From positions 19,034,001-19,098,000 of the forward strand of contig JBHGNT010000016.1 of assembly GCA_043228905.1 (NCBI GenBank): a stretch of DNA of 64,000 bases, read 5' to 3'. Made by a program: the position numbers and the translations under genes. Shown here one piece after another: positions 39,055 through 53,699 of this stretch. The notes beneath the pieces were generated by a model. That model was given only the letters and a program-made list of their open reading frames with translations. It was not told where the DNA came from and did not search any database. This DNA comes from Azolla caroliniana. Lineage: Eukaryota > Plantae > Polypodiophyta. Every line of letters starts with the position of its first letter. Within the stretch, counting starts at the first letter, position 1.

Positions 39055-39680
39055 TGAAGAGACACAAGATAGATAGGAAAATAAAAAGACTCAAATGCAT
39101 ATTAACAAGGAGTAAGAAATACAATAGAAAACAACCAACGAATACAAGGGAAGGAGGGTGCTTTATATAAAGTCACCCTCTCTCTACATTAAAACGCCCA
39201 CTCTCTCTCTAGTAACTACAAAAGCTCATGTGTCGTGGGGAATGTAGAAATTCATTAGTTATGTGTCATCAAATATGATTCTATGACACATAGTTAATGT
39301 TGGAGAGTTGGTGATGATCTTTGACCTTTGAATGCTCATACATTCTCAAAGGGCGTGTTCACACATTAGACTAGGTTGAGTTTGATTCTCAACACACCCC
39401 TTCAATCTCAACCATGCCATTACTGAGTCAGCTGTCAGGCCAGCTTTCACTCCCCCTCAAGCTCGACAAGGCGTAGGTCGAAAATTGGCGAAACTTGTTG
39501 GTCCCCAAAGCTTTCGTGAAGATGTCGGTTGTCTGAAGATTGGTGTTAATGTGTTGAAGGTTGATATCCCTTGCAAGGACACATTCTCGGATGAAGTGGT
39601 AGTGCACCTCAATGTGCTTTGTTCGAGCATGGAAGACGGGGTTTTGAGCAAGATGTGTACTTGATGTTTCAAACATTATG
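39055..39680 (-). mobile_element. Ty1/copia 3' remnant: RNase H + PPT + 3' LTR (~39394-39055)
   Basis: HLAQNPVFHARTKHIEVHYHFIRE...QTTDIFTKAL is copia RNase H. On the minus strand a purine tract GAAGGGGTG is followed by TGTTGAGAATC. The far LTR end is approximate. Confidence 0.85.
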
Positions 39681-39992
39681 TAGTTCATACCTGCATTTTG
39701 ATTTGATCTCCGCTTCATTATTTTGAATCTGACATGAAACTTATGGTCTTGTGTACTTTTCATATATGTTTTAGGACTTTCCCTATATGGGCTGTCATGC
39801 ACAATGAACATCAAGAGACATGTAACTTCACTTTCATACTATCCCAATAATCCTGTTAATATGAGGGAATATATAATGCAGCTGAAGTAAGAGTTAACCA
39901 TTCTAATTGGATGTTTTACATGTCAAATGGAGAGCATACTTTGGTTTTGGTATGCTGCATACAATATGTGTCGTGCATGGAATTTCTCATTG

Positions 39993-40307
39993 ATCTCAAC
40001 TAGTTGATACTTCTGAAAAATATACATAATTTCTTGTGACATTGAATGTGAGTCTTTCCATATCACATGCCCTTGTGCATTTTACCATAAAACAGTCACA
40101 TGTTCCGTACTATACATCAACCTGTGTTTTGCCAGCAGCAAATTTCAATCTCAACTAGTTGATACTTCTGAAAAATATACATAATTTCTTGTGACATTGA
40201 ATGTGAGTCTTTCCATATCACACGTCCTTGTGCATTTTACCATAAAACAGTCACATGTTCCGTACTATACATCAACCTGTGTTTTGCCAGCAGCAAATTT
40301 CAGTCTC
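39993..40307. repeat. 155-bp tandem duplication covering the PPR stop codon and 3' UTR
   Basis: 39993-40152 and 40148-40307 are near-identical. Both contain the minus-strand ..KFAAGKTQVDV* end. Confidence 0.93.
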
Positions 40308-43282
40308 ATGGATTCAACCTTTTCTGCATCTTCTTGCATGCCTGCAGCAGCAAAAATATTAGCCATATGAACATAAGCTGCAGAACAACTACTATCTAGT
40401 TGCATTGCTTGATCAAAAATTAATCTGCCAAGCTTCACATTTCCCCACTTTCTACAAGCCCACAAAAGTGCAACCCAAACTGCAGGATCATCAATAGATG
40501 GCATCACCTTAATCACTGATATTGCCTTCTCAAAGTACCCTGCACCTCCAAAAATTACAACCATGCAAGTGTGATGCGCTGTATTAGGAGCAACGCTATA
40601 CTTTCTATCCATGTCCCCAAAGATCCTTTCAGCCTCATTCAATAGGCCCGAGTGACTGCAGGCACTTAGAACACACAACAATGTTGTCTCATCTGGAGCG
40701 AGTCCCTCGCTTTGCATCCACTCAAAGCAGTTGAGTGCCTCATGGATTTCCCCTTGTTGGGCATACCCTGCAATTAGTGCATTCCAAGAAACTGCATCTC
40801 GAGCAGGAAGCCCCTTGAGGACTTCCCGCGCTTTCCCAAGCATGCCAAATTTGGCATACATATCAATCAATGCATTACCAAGCACGATATGGTTCTCTAA
40901 CAGACCTCTATGCACAATCTCACTGTGGATTTGTTTGGCCTTGTCTATAGCCCCAGTACTTCCAAAGGCCTTCAGAATACAAATAAAGGTGATCACGTCT
41001 GGACAGAGGCCCTTCCTTTGCATCTGCTCATAACAGTGCAATGCTTCATGGCCTTGCCCTTGTCGGACATAGCTTGCAATTAGTGCATTCCAAGAGCCCG
41101 AGTCTTGAATCGGAAGCTCTTCCAGCACTCGTTGTGCTTTGGAATGGAGGCCAAATTTGGCATACATATCCACCAAAGCATTTCCAAGCACAACATCCCT
41201 CTCCAACAATCCCCTGTTTACAATTTCATTGTGGATTCGTTTACCTTTGTCTATCGCTCCTATGCTACAACAGGCCTTCAAGATGCAAATGAGAGTCACC
41301 ACATCTGGAGATAGACCCTCCCTTTGCATCTTGTCAAAACAGCAGAGTGCCTCCTCAGCATGTCCCTCCTGTACATACCCAGTAAGAAGTGCATTCCATG
41401 AAACTACATCTCGAACCACAAGCCCATTCAACACCTCTTCTGCTTTTGAAAGCAACCCACATTTGCTGTACATGTCCACCAAGGCATTTCCGACTGAAAT
41501 ATCTGCCTCCAATAAACAACTGCTCTCAATTTCTTTGTGGATTTCTTTGCCCTTGTCTGCAGCCCGTATACTGCCACATGCCTTGAGGATACAAATGAAG
41601 GTAACAACATTTGGGGAGACACCCTCACTTTGCATTTGTTTATAACATTTTAAGGCTTCATCAGCTTCCCCTTGTTCAGTGTACCCTGCAATAAGTGCAT
41701 TCCAAAAGATAGCATCACGAAGAAGATGAAGATCTTCAAATACCTTTCGGGCTTTTGCCAGCATACCACATTTCACATACATGTCCAGCAAAGCACTTGC
41801 GAGCACGGCATCCTTTTGTAGCAACCCCTCACTCGCAATCATTCCATGAATTTGTTCGCCCTTGTCTATTGCCCCTGTGTTAGCACAGGCCTTCAGGATG
41901 CAAATGAAGGTAACCCCATTTGGAGAGATACCCTCCTTTTGCATTCCTTCGAAATAATGCAATGCCTCATCGCATTGCCCTTCTTGGGCAAACCCTGTAA
42001 TTAAAGCATTCCAGGTGACTACGTCTCGAACTTCAAGATCTTCAAATACTTGTCGTGCTTTTACAAGCACACCACATTTGGCATACATGTCCACCAAAGC
42101 ATTTCCAAGCATGGTATTCTTCTCCAGCGATCCCCTACTGGTGATCTCCATGTGAACTTGTCTGCCCTTCTCTATGGCCATTTTGCTACCACAGGCCTTC
42201 AAGATGCAAATGAATGTGACAGCATCAGGAGAGAGGCCTTCATGTTGCATCTGCTCAAAACAATTCATTACTTCATGTACTCGTCCCTGTTCGGAGTACC
42301 CGGCAATTAACGAAGACCAAGAGACCACATCTCGAACAGAAAGCTGATTGAAAACCTCTTGCGCTTTCTCAAGAGCCCCACTTTTTGCATACATGTCAAT
42401 TAATGCAGTGCCAAGCATGATATCCTTCTCTAATAAGCCTCTATTCACAATCTCCTCATGAATTTGTTTTCCCATGTCGATAGATCCTATGCAGCTACAA
42501 GCCTTGAGGATGCAAATGAATGTGACCGAATTTGGAGAAAGGCCTTCTGTTTGCATCTGTCGAAAACAATTCAAAGCTTCGTAGGCTTGGCCATGCTTGG
42601 CATACCCAGAAATCAATGCAGACCACGAGATGACGTCTCTTACTGTGAGCTCTTTGAGCACTCGATGTGCTCTAGCAAGCATTCCACATTTTGCATACAT
42701 GTCCACCAACACATTCCCAAGTATAATATCCTTCTTCAACAAGCCTCTGTTTAGAACGATATCATGGATTTGTATGCCTTTGCATATAGCTCTTGTCCTA
42801 CCACATACCTTTAAGATGCTGATGAAAGTGATTGCATCTGGGGCGAGCGCCTCTTCTTGCATCCGTTCAAAGCAGCTAAACGCTTCAAGCACCTGCCGCT
42901 GATCGGCATACCCAGCGATGAGCGCATTCCAGACAGCTACACACCGTGTGGGAAGCTCTTCCAGGACCTCACGTGCTTCCGCAAGCATCCCGCGCTTTAC
43001 GTACATGGTGATCATGGCGGTAGCCATGTAAGGACTCTTCTTCCCGAGGATGTAGGACCCACCCGGCATCCTCCCCAGCATAATGTGGGTGTGAGGCCCA
43101 TAGGCTTTGCTGAAGTCTTTCTTCTTGGGACAGGGGTGCAGCAAGGACGCACATTTGTTGATCTCTTCTCCTCCTCCTTCATGAGTTTGACCTAATCCGG
43201 TTGTTGCATCATGATTAGTTTGTTTGTGTGTTTTAATTCAGCGTTTTGGGATTGGGTTGCGTGATGGATCGATCGTCTCCAT
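40265..43282 (-). CDS. Intronless PLS-class pentatricopeptide repeat protein with E1/E2 domains and no DYW (organellar RNA-editing specificity factor); start codon uncertain
   Basis: There are eight PLS triplets (MYxKxG...RDVVSWNALI.GY...P(D/N).VTF..ILKAC), then P2/L2/S2 (VLSACSHSGL) and E motifs (VWVALLWACRKWGNVKLG, AAYVHMANIFAAAG). The frame is open from 43237 to 40265. An in-frame ATG at 43282 is followed by TGA at 43240-43238, and the next ATG is at 43081. Confidence 0.9.
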
Positions 43283-44269
43283 CTAAAATCGCACAATCAA
43301 AATTTCTGTTGCCTTGCGGATCAAGATCTCGGGGTTCAAGAGAAGGAAATGTTAGTTGATCTTCCTATTGTGACAAGGACCAAATTTTTGGTACCATAGA
43401 AACACAAAAAAAACCTGCAACCAACATTGGAATTTGGTGGTATTATAATGTATGCTGCTTACCCTACCTATACATACTTATTCAGAATCTGATTGAAATC
43501 AATCTGGTAGTTGTAGCAAGGTGCATTTCCCCCTTTTTTTCTCTCTAAATGATAGACATACACACACAGCTTTTGGTTATGGTCATTGTGGATTGCTTAC
43601 ATTCTCTCATAGTTCACACTTATCCCTTCTTTCTTTAGTCGGATCCTTACCTATTTCAATCGGGGGTCACGACTCACGTTGCAAATGAATGGATTTGTCT
43701 GCCTACTTCATTAGTCACATACTCGTTGGGAGTGTGGGGCGACGATGCATACATATATCATGCGACCGTGTGGCTGGCAATCCCTGACTAACGAGTTTGG
43801 AATAGTCACGTTTTTTGTCCAAGAACATTCGAACCATCCTAGAGTGACCTTTCGCACTCGAGCATTCCATACTTTGGGTCCTTACTAGCAACACCAGGGG
43901 TTTTTGTTTCTGCCAACACAAAGGAGAAGAGATGTGCTCCCAATCTCGTCCTACTTGATTTGCGTATACATACATGTCCTCCTTTCGGCCTAGCGAGCAA
44001 CCATCATTCTTTCCACACGCAATTGAACCAACCAGTCGGCTACGTTTCCTTTATACAAACCAACGAAGGATTCAATGCGTTCGACAAATGTCACCGACCC
44101 ATTCCCAGTTAAACTTTTTATTTATTTATCCAAAACAGTTCCAAACGGGCAACTAGTGCCATCTCTGCAAGCCAACCCCCTCTTCCCCGACCTTCAGGCA
44201 GATTGGCGCCCTGATGAATACTTCACTCAGTGTGTGTGTGTTTGTCGAGACGCGATGGATGGATCATGG

Positions 44270-44356
44270 ATGGATGGGCTTAGGAGTTAGTTAGGGGAGG
44301 GGTTTGGGCTCTCTTAAACCCTAAACCCCTAAACCCTTAAACCCTAGGTAGGGTTT
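44270..44356. promoter_or_regulatory. Telo-box (AAACCCTA) cluster plus site-II (TGGGCY) motifs in the divergent PPR/RRM intergenic region
   Basis: AAACCCTAAACCCCTAAACCCTTAAACCCTAG at ~44317-44347, TAGGGTTT at ~44349, TGGGCT at ~44275 and ~44305, followed by a (CT)n Y-patch. Confidence 0.7.
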
Positions 44357-44359
44357 AAG

Positions 44360-44397
<38 letters not shown>

Positions 44398-44526
44398 ACA
44401 TATATGTATTATCAGTATATATATGGTAGAAGATATATAGCCCCTGTTCCCTCTCCTTTGATTGCAGAGCAGAGTAAGAGTAAGAAACAGAGAGTCAGAG
44501 TCAGAAACAGAAACAGAGTGAGAGGG

Positions 44527-46266
44527 ATGATGATGCAGCGCATGGTGGGTCTCCTCAGGTCTCCTGGGATCATCCACACCAACAACAGAAGGAGGAGAAG
44601 GAGAGAGGTCCACCTCCACCTCCATTCCCGTGCCTTCAGCTCCAAGCTCTTCGTCGGCGGCATCTCCTTCCGCGTCGATGAAGACATGCTCAAGAAGGAG
44701 TTCTCTGCGTTTGGTCAAGTCTTGGACGCCAAGATCATCATGGATCGAGAGAGCGGGCGGTCCCGGGGTTTCGGCTTCGTGACGTTTGGCCAAGAGTCAG
44801 AGGCAGAGGCAGCCAAGGCCAAGATGAACAACCATCTCCTGGACGGACGCTACATCAGGGTGGATCTTGCTTCCAATCGCCCCCCTGCGGCCCCTTCTAC
44901 CGGTAATTCTTCGTCTTCCTCCTCCATTACTAATTCCTTGTCTGGATTCTCCTTTGGCTCCAATCGAGGTTCACGCCTGCCCGTTGTAGAGGATTGGGGG
45001 CCCCTTCTCTCGTATGGCTCCTCCTCCTCCTCTTCCTCCTCCTCACTACAGAAGAGCGCTCCTCCTCATGAAGGGATTGCTACTAATTCCACCCATATCA
45101 ATGGTGTTTTCGGTGGAGGGCAGGTCATCAGCAACACCCCGGCACCGCAGCCGAATGCTGTTGATACTGCTACCAGTGCCTCTGATATGGTTACCAGGAG
45201 TGATACAAATTCAACCTCTCAGGGAAAATATCCAACTGTGCATGAAAGCAGTTGCAATACCTGTATCACAGAGGGATCAGGTACATTAGACAATGAAAGC
45301 AAGTACTGTAGCTCTAGCTTTTCTGCAGCCCAAACTAGCAATAGCAGCACTGGCATGGATCCATCACATGCAAGTGCCAGATTAGAACCAGGGAGCATGG
45401 CTGCAGATCAGGTTAGAGGGTCAGGTGTTTCAAGTACATCACATCTAGTTATGCCTCAGACGGAAGGAGGCGGGGAACAAGATAAGACAGCACCTACAAT
45501 ACGAGCTAGTCAATCAGTGGCACTCAATGCGTCTCCTGGCATGCTGGATGTCCATCAGGGCAGAGAGGAAGCCATTGGATCCAATTGCCAGCCGAATCCA
45601 CCGCGTTGGGTTCGGAAGGCCTCCCAGAGCACAGTCATTGCTGGACCTAGTCCCACATTTAAACCGAAGCTTACAGTGGAGTCCATACCTGGCTTCAAGG
45701 GAGCTCCCTATGATTTTGGTTTGTCAGGTATGCTAAGCTCTCTTACAGAACCAGCGCAAGAGGGAGGAGGTAAGCCTCAAGGAGGTGCATTTGATATCAA
45801 CCTATGTTTTGATAACCTCAAAGAAGAGGACCCTGAAAGCCTTCAGGGGTATTCCATCTTCTCACAGAGAATGCTCCCACCTCTTGATCTCCCATGGGAG
45901 ACTCCAGAGGCAGACAATTGGTCAGAGGTTGGGAAAGAACCTCGCCGTATTGAAGACAGTCCCTACTCTCCTTTCAGCAGCGATTTGAAAGATGATCCAG
46001 AGTTTTGGTGGGATCCGTATGATTTCGATCCTGAAGCCAAAGTATTTAAGGAACGAGAATTAGCTGAAGAAGCAGCAGCAAAAGCAGCGGAAGAAGCAGC
46101 AAAGGCAGCTGAAGAAGCAGCAAAGGCAGCTGGAGATGCCACAGCAAAGGAAGCTGAATCTGAACAAACTTCAGGCAATCCATCTTCTAAGGAGATTGAA
46201 GCTGAAGCAGCCTCAGGTAATGAACCTGGAGCGGAACGGCTGTCTGTTAATGTTGCCGCCATGTAA
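44527..46266 (+). CDS. Intronless organelle-targeted RRM protein (GR-RBP/ORRM-type RRM) with a long C-terminal extension, ~579 aa
   Basis: An Arg-rich presequence-like MMMQRMVGLLRS...RAFSS precedes RNP2 KLFVGGI and RNP1 RSRGFGFVTF, ending in LDGRYIRV. A Ser-rich linker, an acidic Trp/Pro region and (EEAAKAA)n follow. The ORF is open from 44404, but ATG 44527 is preferred. Confidence 0.88.
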   Translation: MMMQRMVGLLRSPGIIHTNNRRRRRREVHLHLHSRAFSSKLFVGGISFRVDEDMLKKEFSAFGQVLDAKIIMDRESGRSRGFGFVTFGQESEAEAAKAKMNNHLLDGRYIRVDLASNRPPAAPSTGNSSSSSSITNSLSGFSFGSNRGSRLPVVEDWGPLLSYGSSSSSSSSSLQKSAPPHEGIATNSTHINGVFGGGQVISNTPAPQPNAVDTATSASDMVTRSDTNSTSQGKYPTVHESSCNTCITEGSGTLDNESKYCSSSFSAAQTSNSSTGMDPSHASARLEPGSMAADQVRGSGVSSTSHLVMPQTEGGGEQDKTAPTIRASQSVALNASPGMLDVHQGREEAIGSNCQPNPPRWVRKASQSTVIAGPSPTFKPKLTVESIPGFKGAPYDFGLSGMLSSLTEPAQEGGGKPQGGAFDINLCFDNLKEEDPESLQGYSIFSQRMLPPLDLPWETPEADNWSEVGKEPRRIEDSPYSPFSSDLKDDPEFWWDPYDFDPEAKVFKERELAEEAAAKAAEEAAKAAEEAAKAAGDATAKEAESEQTSGNPSSKEIEAEAASGNEPGAERLSVNVAAM

Positions 46267-49200
46267 TATCAGAAGGCGCTTCAATACATTGGATGAAATA
46301 TAACTTGGTCAGCTAAGCAGATATCTTTTGATGATCGGAAGGGCCTGCGAAATCGTGATACTGATAGTTTCTGAAATTTATGAGCCTTGCACATCATGAT
46401 TATTGTTTGTTTCAAGTCTTATCTATCCACTGATCTGGCTGCTGAGGTGCACCACCTTCCTACACAAAATTGTACAAGATCATGCTGTTTGTTTTGGCTG
46501 GTTTATTGTACGTTAAACCAAAAGCTCATGTTCATATCATCATCAATACAAAAAAACTGAGGGTCATCACATATCCTGCTGGTATCTACTGGTGAGTAGA
46601 TAGATATATGGAGAGACTAGAGCCTCTTAGCCTTCTAAATAGTAGTTTTGTTCATATTTTGTGCTGCTTAAACATTTATGTCATCAATCATGGAGAAATT
46701 TTTTGTTGCTTACGTGCATTGGTAATATGTTTCGGAAAACAAGGTTTACCTAGGCAATTGTATCCCAAGGTTTATCTAGATAAATGGCCGTTGCTTACAT
46801 GCATTGTATCCCAAGGTTTGCATGAAGGATCGTGAATGTATTAAAGTAACAAGAGGTAGTCTGCTGGCATTTGAAGTGTCTACTTACAGAAGGGCTATTG
46901 TGGAAGAGAAATTTTGCAGTCGTGATGATAGACGACCGATACTAAGCATCCTTTGTCATATTTGATGGGATAAACATGGATTACAATATACTGAACTTAC
47001 CCTATTAGACATGGGTACATGCATGGTCACAGTAAGTTTTACCTCTTTAAATCTAAAGAAAATTCAAGTACTATAGTCTTGAATTTGGGACCATTCTGTA
47101 AATTTTTGGCCATATGAATTTCAAGTGTAAATGATGAGATAAATGGCATTGTTGGATGTTATTCCTTATCCTATGAGGATGCCACAATCAACACATGCAC
47201 ATTTTGGCGTTTTGATGTAATGTAAATTAATTATGCAGTTGCTCCACTCACTTTTCTAGTCTATAGTGCAAAGGCCTACGAGATTATATGATGTATAGAC
47301 CATTGGGTATATTTTTATAATTGGGAAAGAAACTAATTGTGAATGCTCTATATACCTATGAGCAAGAGGTATAAACATTTTTATGGATTCCCATAGCAAA
47401 TCATGAGTATTTGCATCAAGTGATGCTACCCACATTTGCTAAAAGGGATGGGTTAGCCATGGAAATAGAAATACAATGTAGGCTTTGTTTTCAAGCTTGC
47501 AATGTATATCTTCAAGGGCTACATCCTACATAGTAGGCCTACTTTTCATGGCCACTTGTACAATTTACATATCAAGGGTAAACACTATCCATGTAAGAAG
47601 TTGAAATCAGAACCAATGATGGTACTTGAAAATAGGTATATACGCTCTTTAAACAAAAGGTCTGAGTCCAAGTTTATAGATATCTTTTGCCTAAATATAC
47701 AGGAGTAAGATCAACCATTCCCATAGTGATACTGCATCTGCATTTCTCCTTGACTCTTTGTACTATGTAAGGCCTTAAAAGTTAGTATAAAGTATTGAAA
47801 TTTGCATCAGTACCAAAATGGACGAATTGCATGAATGGGATAGAGCAATGTTTGTGTATATTTTGGAATATGATACAAGATCTCCACCAACAAATAATGT
47901 TTTTCATGAGGTTTTAAAATATACAACTTATTTTTTGCATTGAGAAACTAAGAACAAAATCAAATCACTAAAGCCCCACCCTTAGGACATGCGAAAAACA
48001 TTCATTTATATGCTTATACTCTAAGATTTTGTGTTAAGGTTAGAAGTTGTTCCAACTCAACAATTCTTCATATCCATGTTCATTTTTGGGTACAGACAAT
48101 TTATTTTCTTGAGTGTCTTGTAACTTGTTACATACACAGCTTTTTGTTGCCTTCAATTAAGATGCTTTTAGGAAGGAGTATTGGAAAAAAATAATCATGG
48201 AGCGCTGAAATTTCCAGCCCATACGGATGTCAAATGCATGATGGAACTGATCTCTATGGAACACACTTTGTGAGAGTTTGGAAGGGGATACAAAGATGTT
48301 CCGTATGTTTCAACATAGTGCACCAATTTTCAAATGAATATGAGTTACATATGCACTATTCTCCTGTCCAGTGTCAATGACAGGCTGTACCTACTCAACA
48401 CATCATTTCACACTACCCACACATCCTATATCTCAACATTCATGCCACGAAACATAATCTTCTACAATGAATTAAATATAATCTAATGCTGAATATCAAT
48501 TTGTGTTGTATTCTCATTGATGATCACATTTCCAAAGTCTTCCTTGTTCATCCTCATGAACAAGATATTTGATTCGCAATTTCCCCAAATGTACTATTCA
48601 TTTACACTAAAGGAACAAGTAGATTCCTAAGCCAAAACAACTTCAAATAATAGGCAAATTCTTAAAAGTTCTCAAGGGACAAAGGTCATTGAATATTTAT
48701 TTCAAACATAATACCTTTAAATATGGCATTTCAACTGAAGCTCCACACCAGGAACAACAAGAGTTTCCATCATTTGAGCTTATCAGTTGATTAAATAAAA
48801 CAATATAGATTTTAATTGAGAAAAATTAGTGGTTGATTTTTGTAGAAGCTAATGATAGCTGTTTCCTATGATTTGCTCATTTACGTATCCATCCTTAGAA
48901 TATCTCATAACATGATGTTGTCATAGATCAGTATGCATAATTCTGCATTACAAAATAAAACAAACACGCGTCAGTCATCCTCACTATCATCCTTACATCT
49001 GGAACTTCTGATAGATCCCACATAGAAATATAAGGACAAAACATTTCCATTCAGCATATGCTACTGTTCTAGTTCTTGGAAATTACACCATAAGTTACAA
49101 GCGGAGCCCTTTATCTTCTGGCCAGGTATTGGTCTTAGCACATTTCCAACTGTTAACTGTTCAACGGAATCCCCTTCATCTTCCAGCTGGATAATGTCTT

Positions 49201-49339
49201 ATCACAATTCCAAAATTGTACAAGAGAATCACCTTTTTCTTCCAAACATTCATTGAGTATAGGCAATTCCCAAATTAGCATTGGCATTGACGATTTTTAA
49301 TGTCTTTCATTCTCTTTTCGAACAATCTCCATCTTGTTG

Positions 49340-52416
<3,077 letters not shown>

Positions 52417-52625
52417 ATCTATCTCCCTCCCTCTCTGTCTTCAAGAGCAGGGCTCTCTGCCTTCCTCTTCCTGATGATGAAGAAGAAGAAGAAGCAGGAA
52501 AAGGGTCTAGCACTTTTGCTTTTTCTGCTTTTGCTTTTTTGTTTTTGCTTTTTTGTTTTTGCTTTTTTGCTTTTAAAGCTTCTATACATATTTTTGCCTT
52601 TTCTTGCTTTTAACTTCCAAAGTTC

Positions 52626-52761
52626 CATACAAAGAGTTTTGCTTTTAAGCTTCTATACATGTTAGGCCATCCATCCATCCATCCATCCATTCACTCTATA
52701 TACAAAGAGTTTTGCTTTTAAGCTTCTATACATGTTAGGCCATCCATCCATTCACTCTATG
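52626..52761. repeat. Tandem duplication (~70 bp) with variable (CATC)n
   Basis: TACAAAGAGTTTTGCTTTTAAGCTTCTATACATGTTAGGCCATCC...ATTCACTCTAT occurs twice. Confidence 0.85.
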
Positions 52762-52821
52762 TATGGTATGCATTATTGATGGCCAGTGCCCACCTCGTGG
52801 TCCAAAACTACTTAGCGCGCA

Positions 52822-53278
52822 TGTTACGGGCATGACCATATAATATCCCGTGGTGAGAATTTACCATAGTATTCTATACACGTGGATAAGTGTGAGGGTT
52901 AAACGAGAGTGTAAAGAAGGGGAGGATTACTTTTAATCCTCGGGATTGAGACAACCCATTAGGCCAAGTGTGAACATGGCTGGGAGCCTTGGGTATCGCT
53001 ATAAATAAGAGGCCTAGATACCCTCATTTGATTATCTTGTTGACTACGTCGAGACTCTGTCTTGTGGTGGGTCAACTCTTGTAGCGAGCGCGCCAGCACC
53101 AGGTACGACTCGACGCCACGGCGGTGGTATGGGATGCCGATCGAGGCTCGAGTCCTTCTCGATCCCTTCGCTCGGGGGTGGTCGGGTGGATCGGCACCCT
53201 TCTTTCTCTCTCTCCTTTCTATCTATTTATCTATTTTCTATCCTTATCTAATGCTTACATTAGTCTATGTCTCTAATA
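52822..53278 (+). mobile_element. Solo LTR (457 bp) with a 5-bp TSD
   Basis: It runs TGTTACGGG...CTCTAATA (CA>TA), flanked by GCGCA/GCGCA, with an internal TATAAATA. It is the same family as the LTR at 29740-30768. Confidence 0.9.
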
Positions 53279-53699
53279 GCGCACTTGCTCCCTCTCTTCT
53301 CCCCCCCTGTGTTCAGACTCACAAAAACCACCCGATCAACAAACAGATCTGCGATCGAAACTTACGGACATGGTGGTCGAGCCCTCGTTGACCAACCAAG
53401 TGGCTACCCGAAGTCTCCGCCCAATAGTTTCCCCCTCCATCTATCTATCTCTGGTGCCCAGAAACTAAACACATTGGCATGTTTTATTGTCACCCTCAAC
53501 GGTCCAATAACGACCAATGCGATCGACTATAAATGGAACTTTTTCGTGTAACGCGTGTGGAGTTAAGACACTCAAGAATTTCATTGGTTAATGTGTTGAC
53601 GAGTCTCATCTCATGTGATCCTCTTAATCACAATGATGTGGGTAAGCTAAGGGAGTCTCACATTTCATGTGTTATGTGATTTATGTCACACTGGACTAC

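Noticed and set aside
40731-43195. Plus-strand ORFs overlapping the PPR gene
   Set aside because: These are antisense shadows of the repetitive PPR coding sequence, with no domain signal.
44404-44526. Longer N-terminus of the RRM ORF starting MYYQYIY
   Set aside because: It is encoded by microsatellite-like leader sequence (TA and AGAGTC repeats). The downstream MMMQ start gives a typical presequence.
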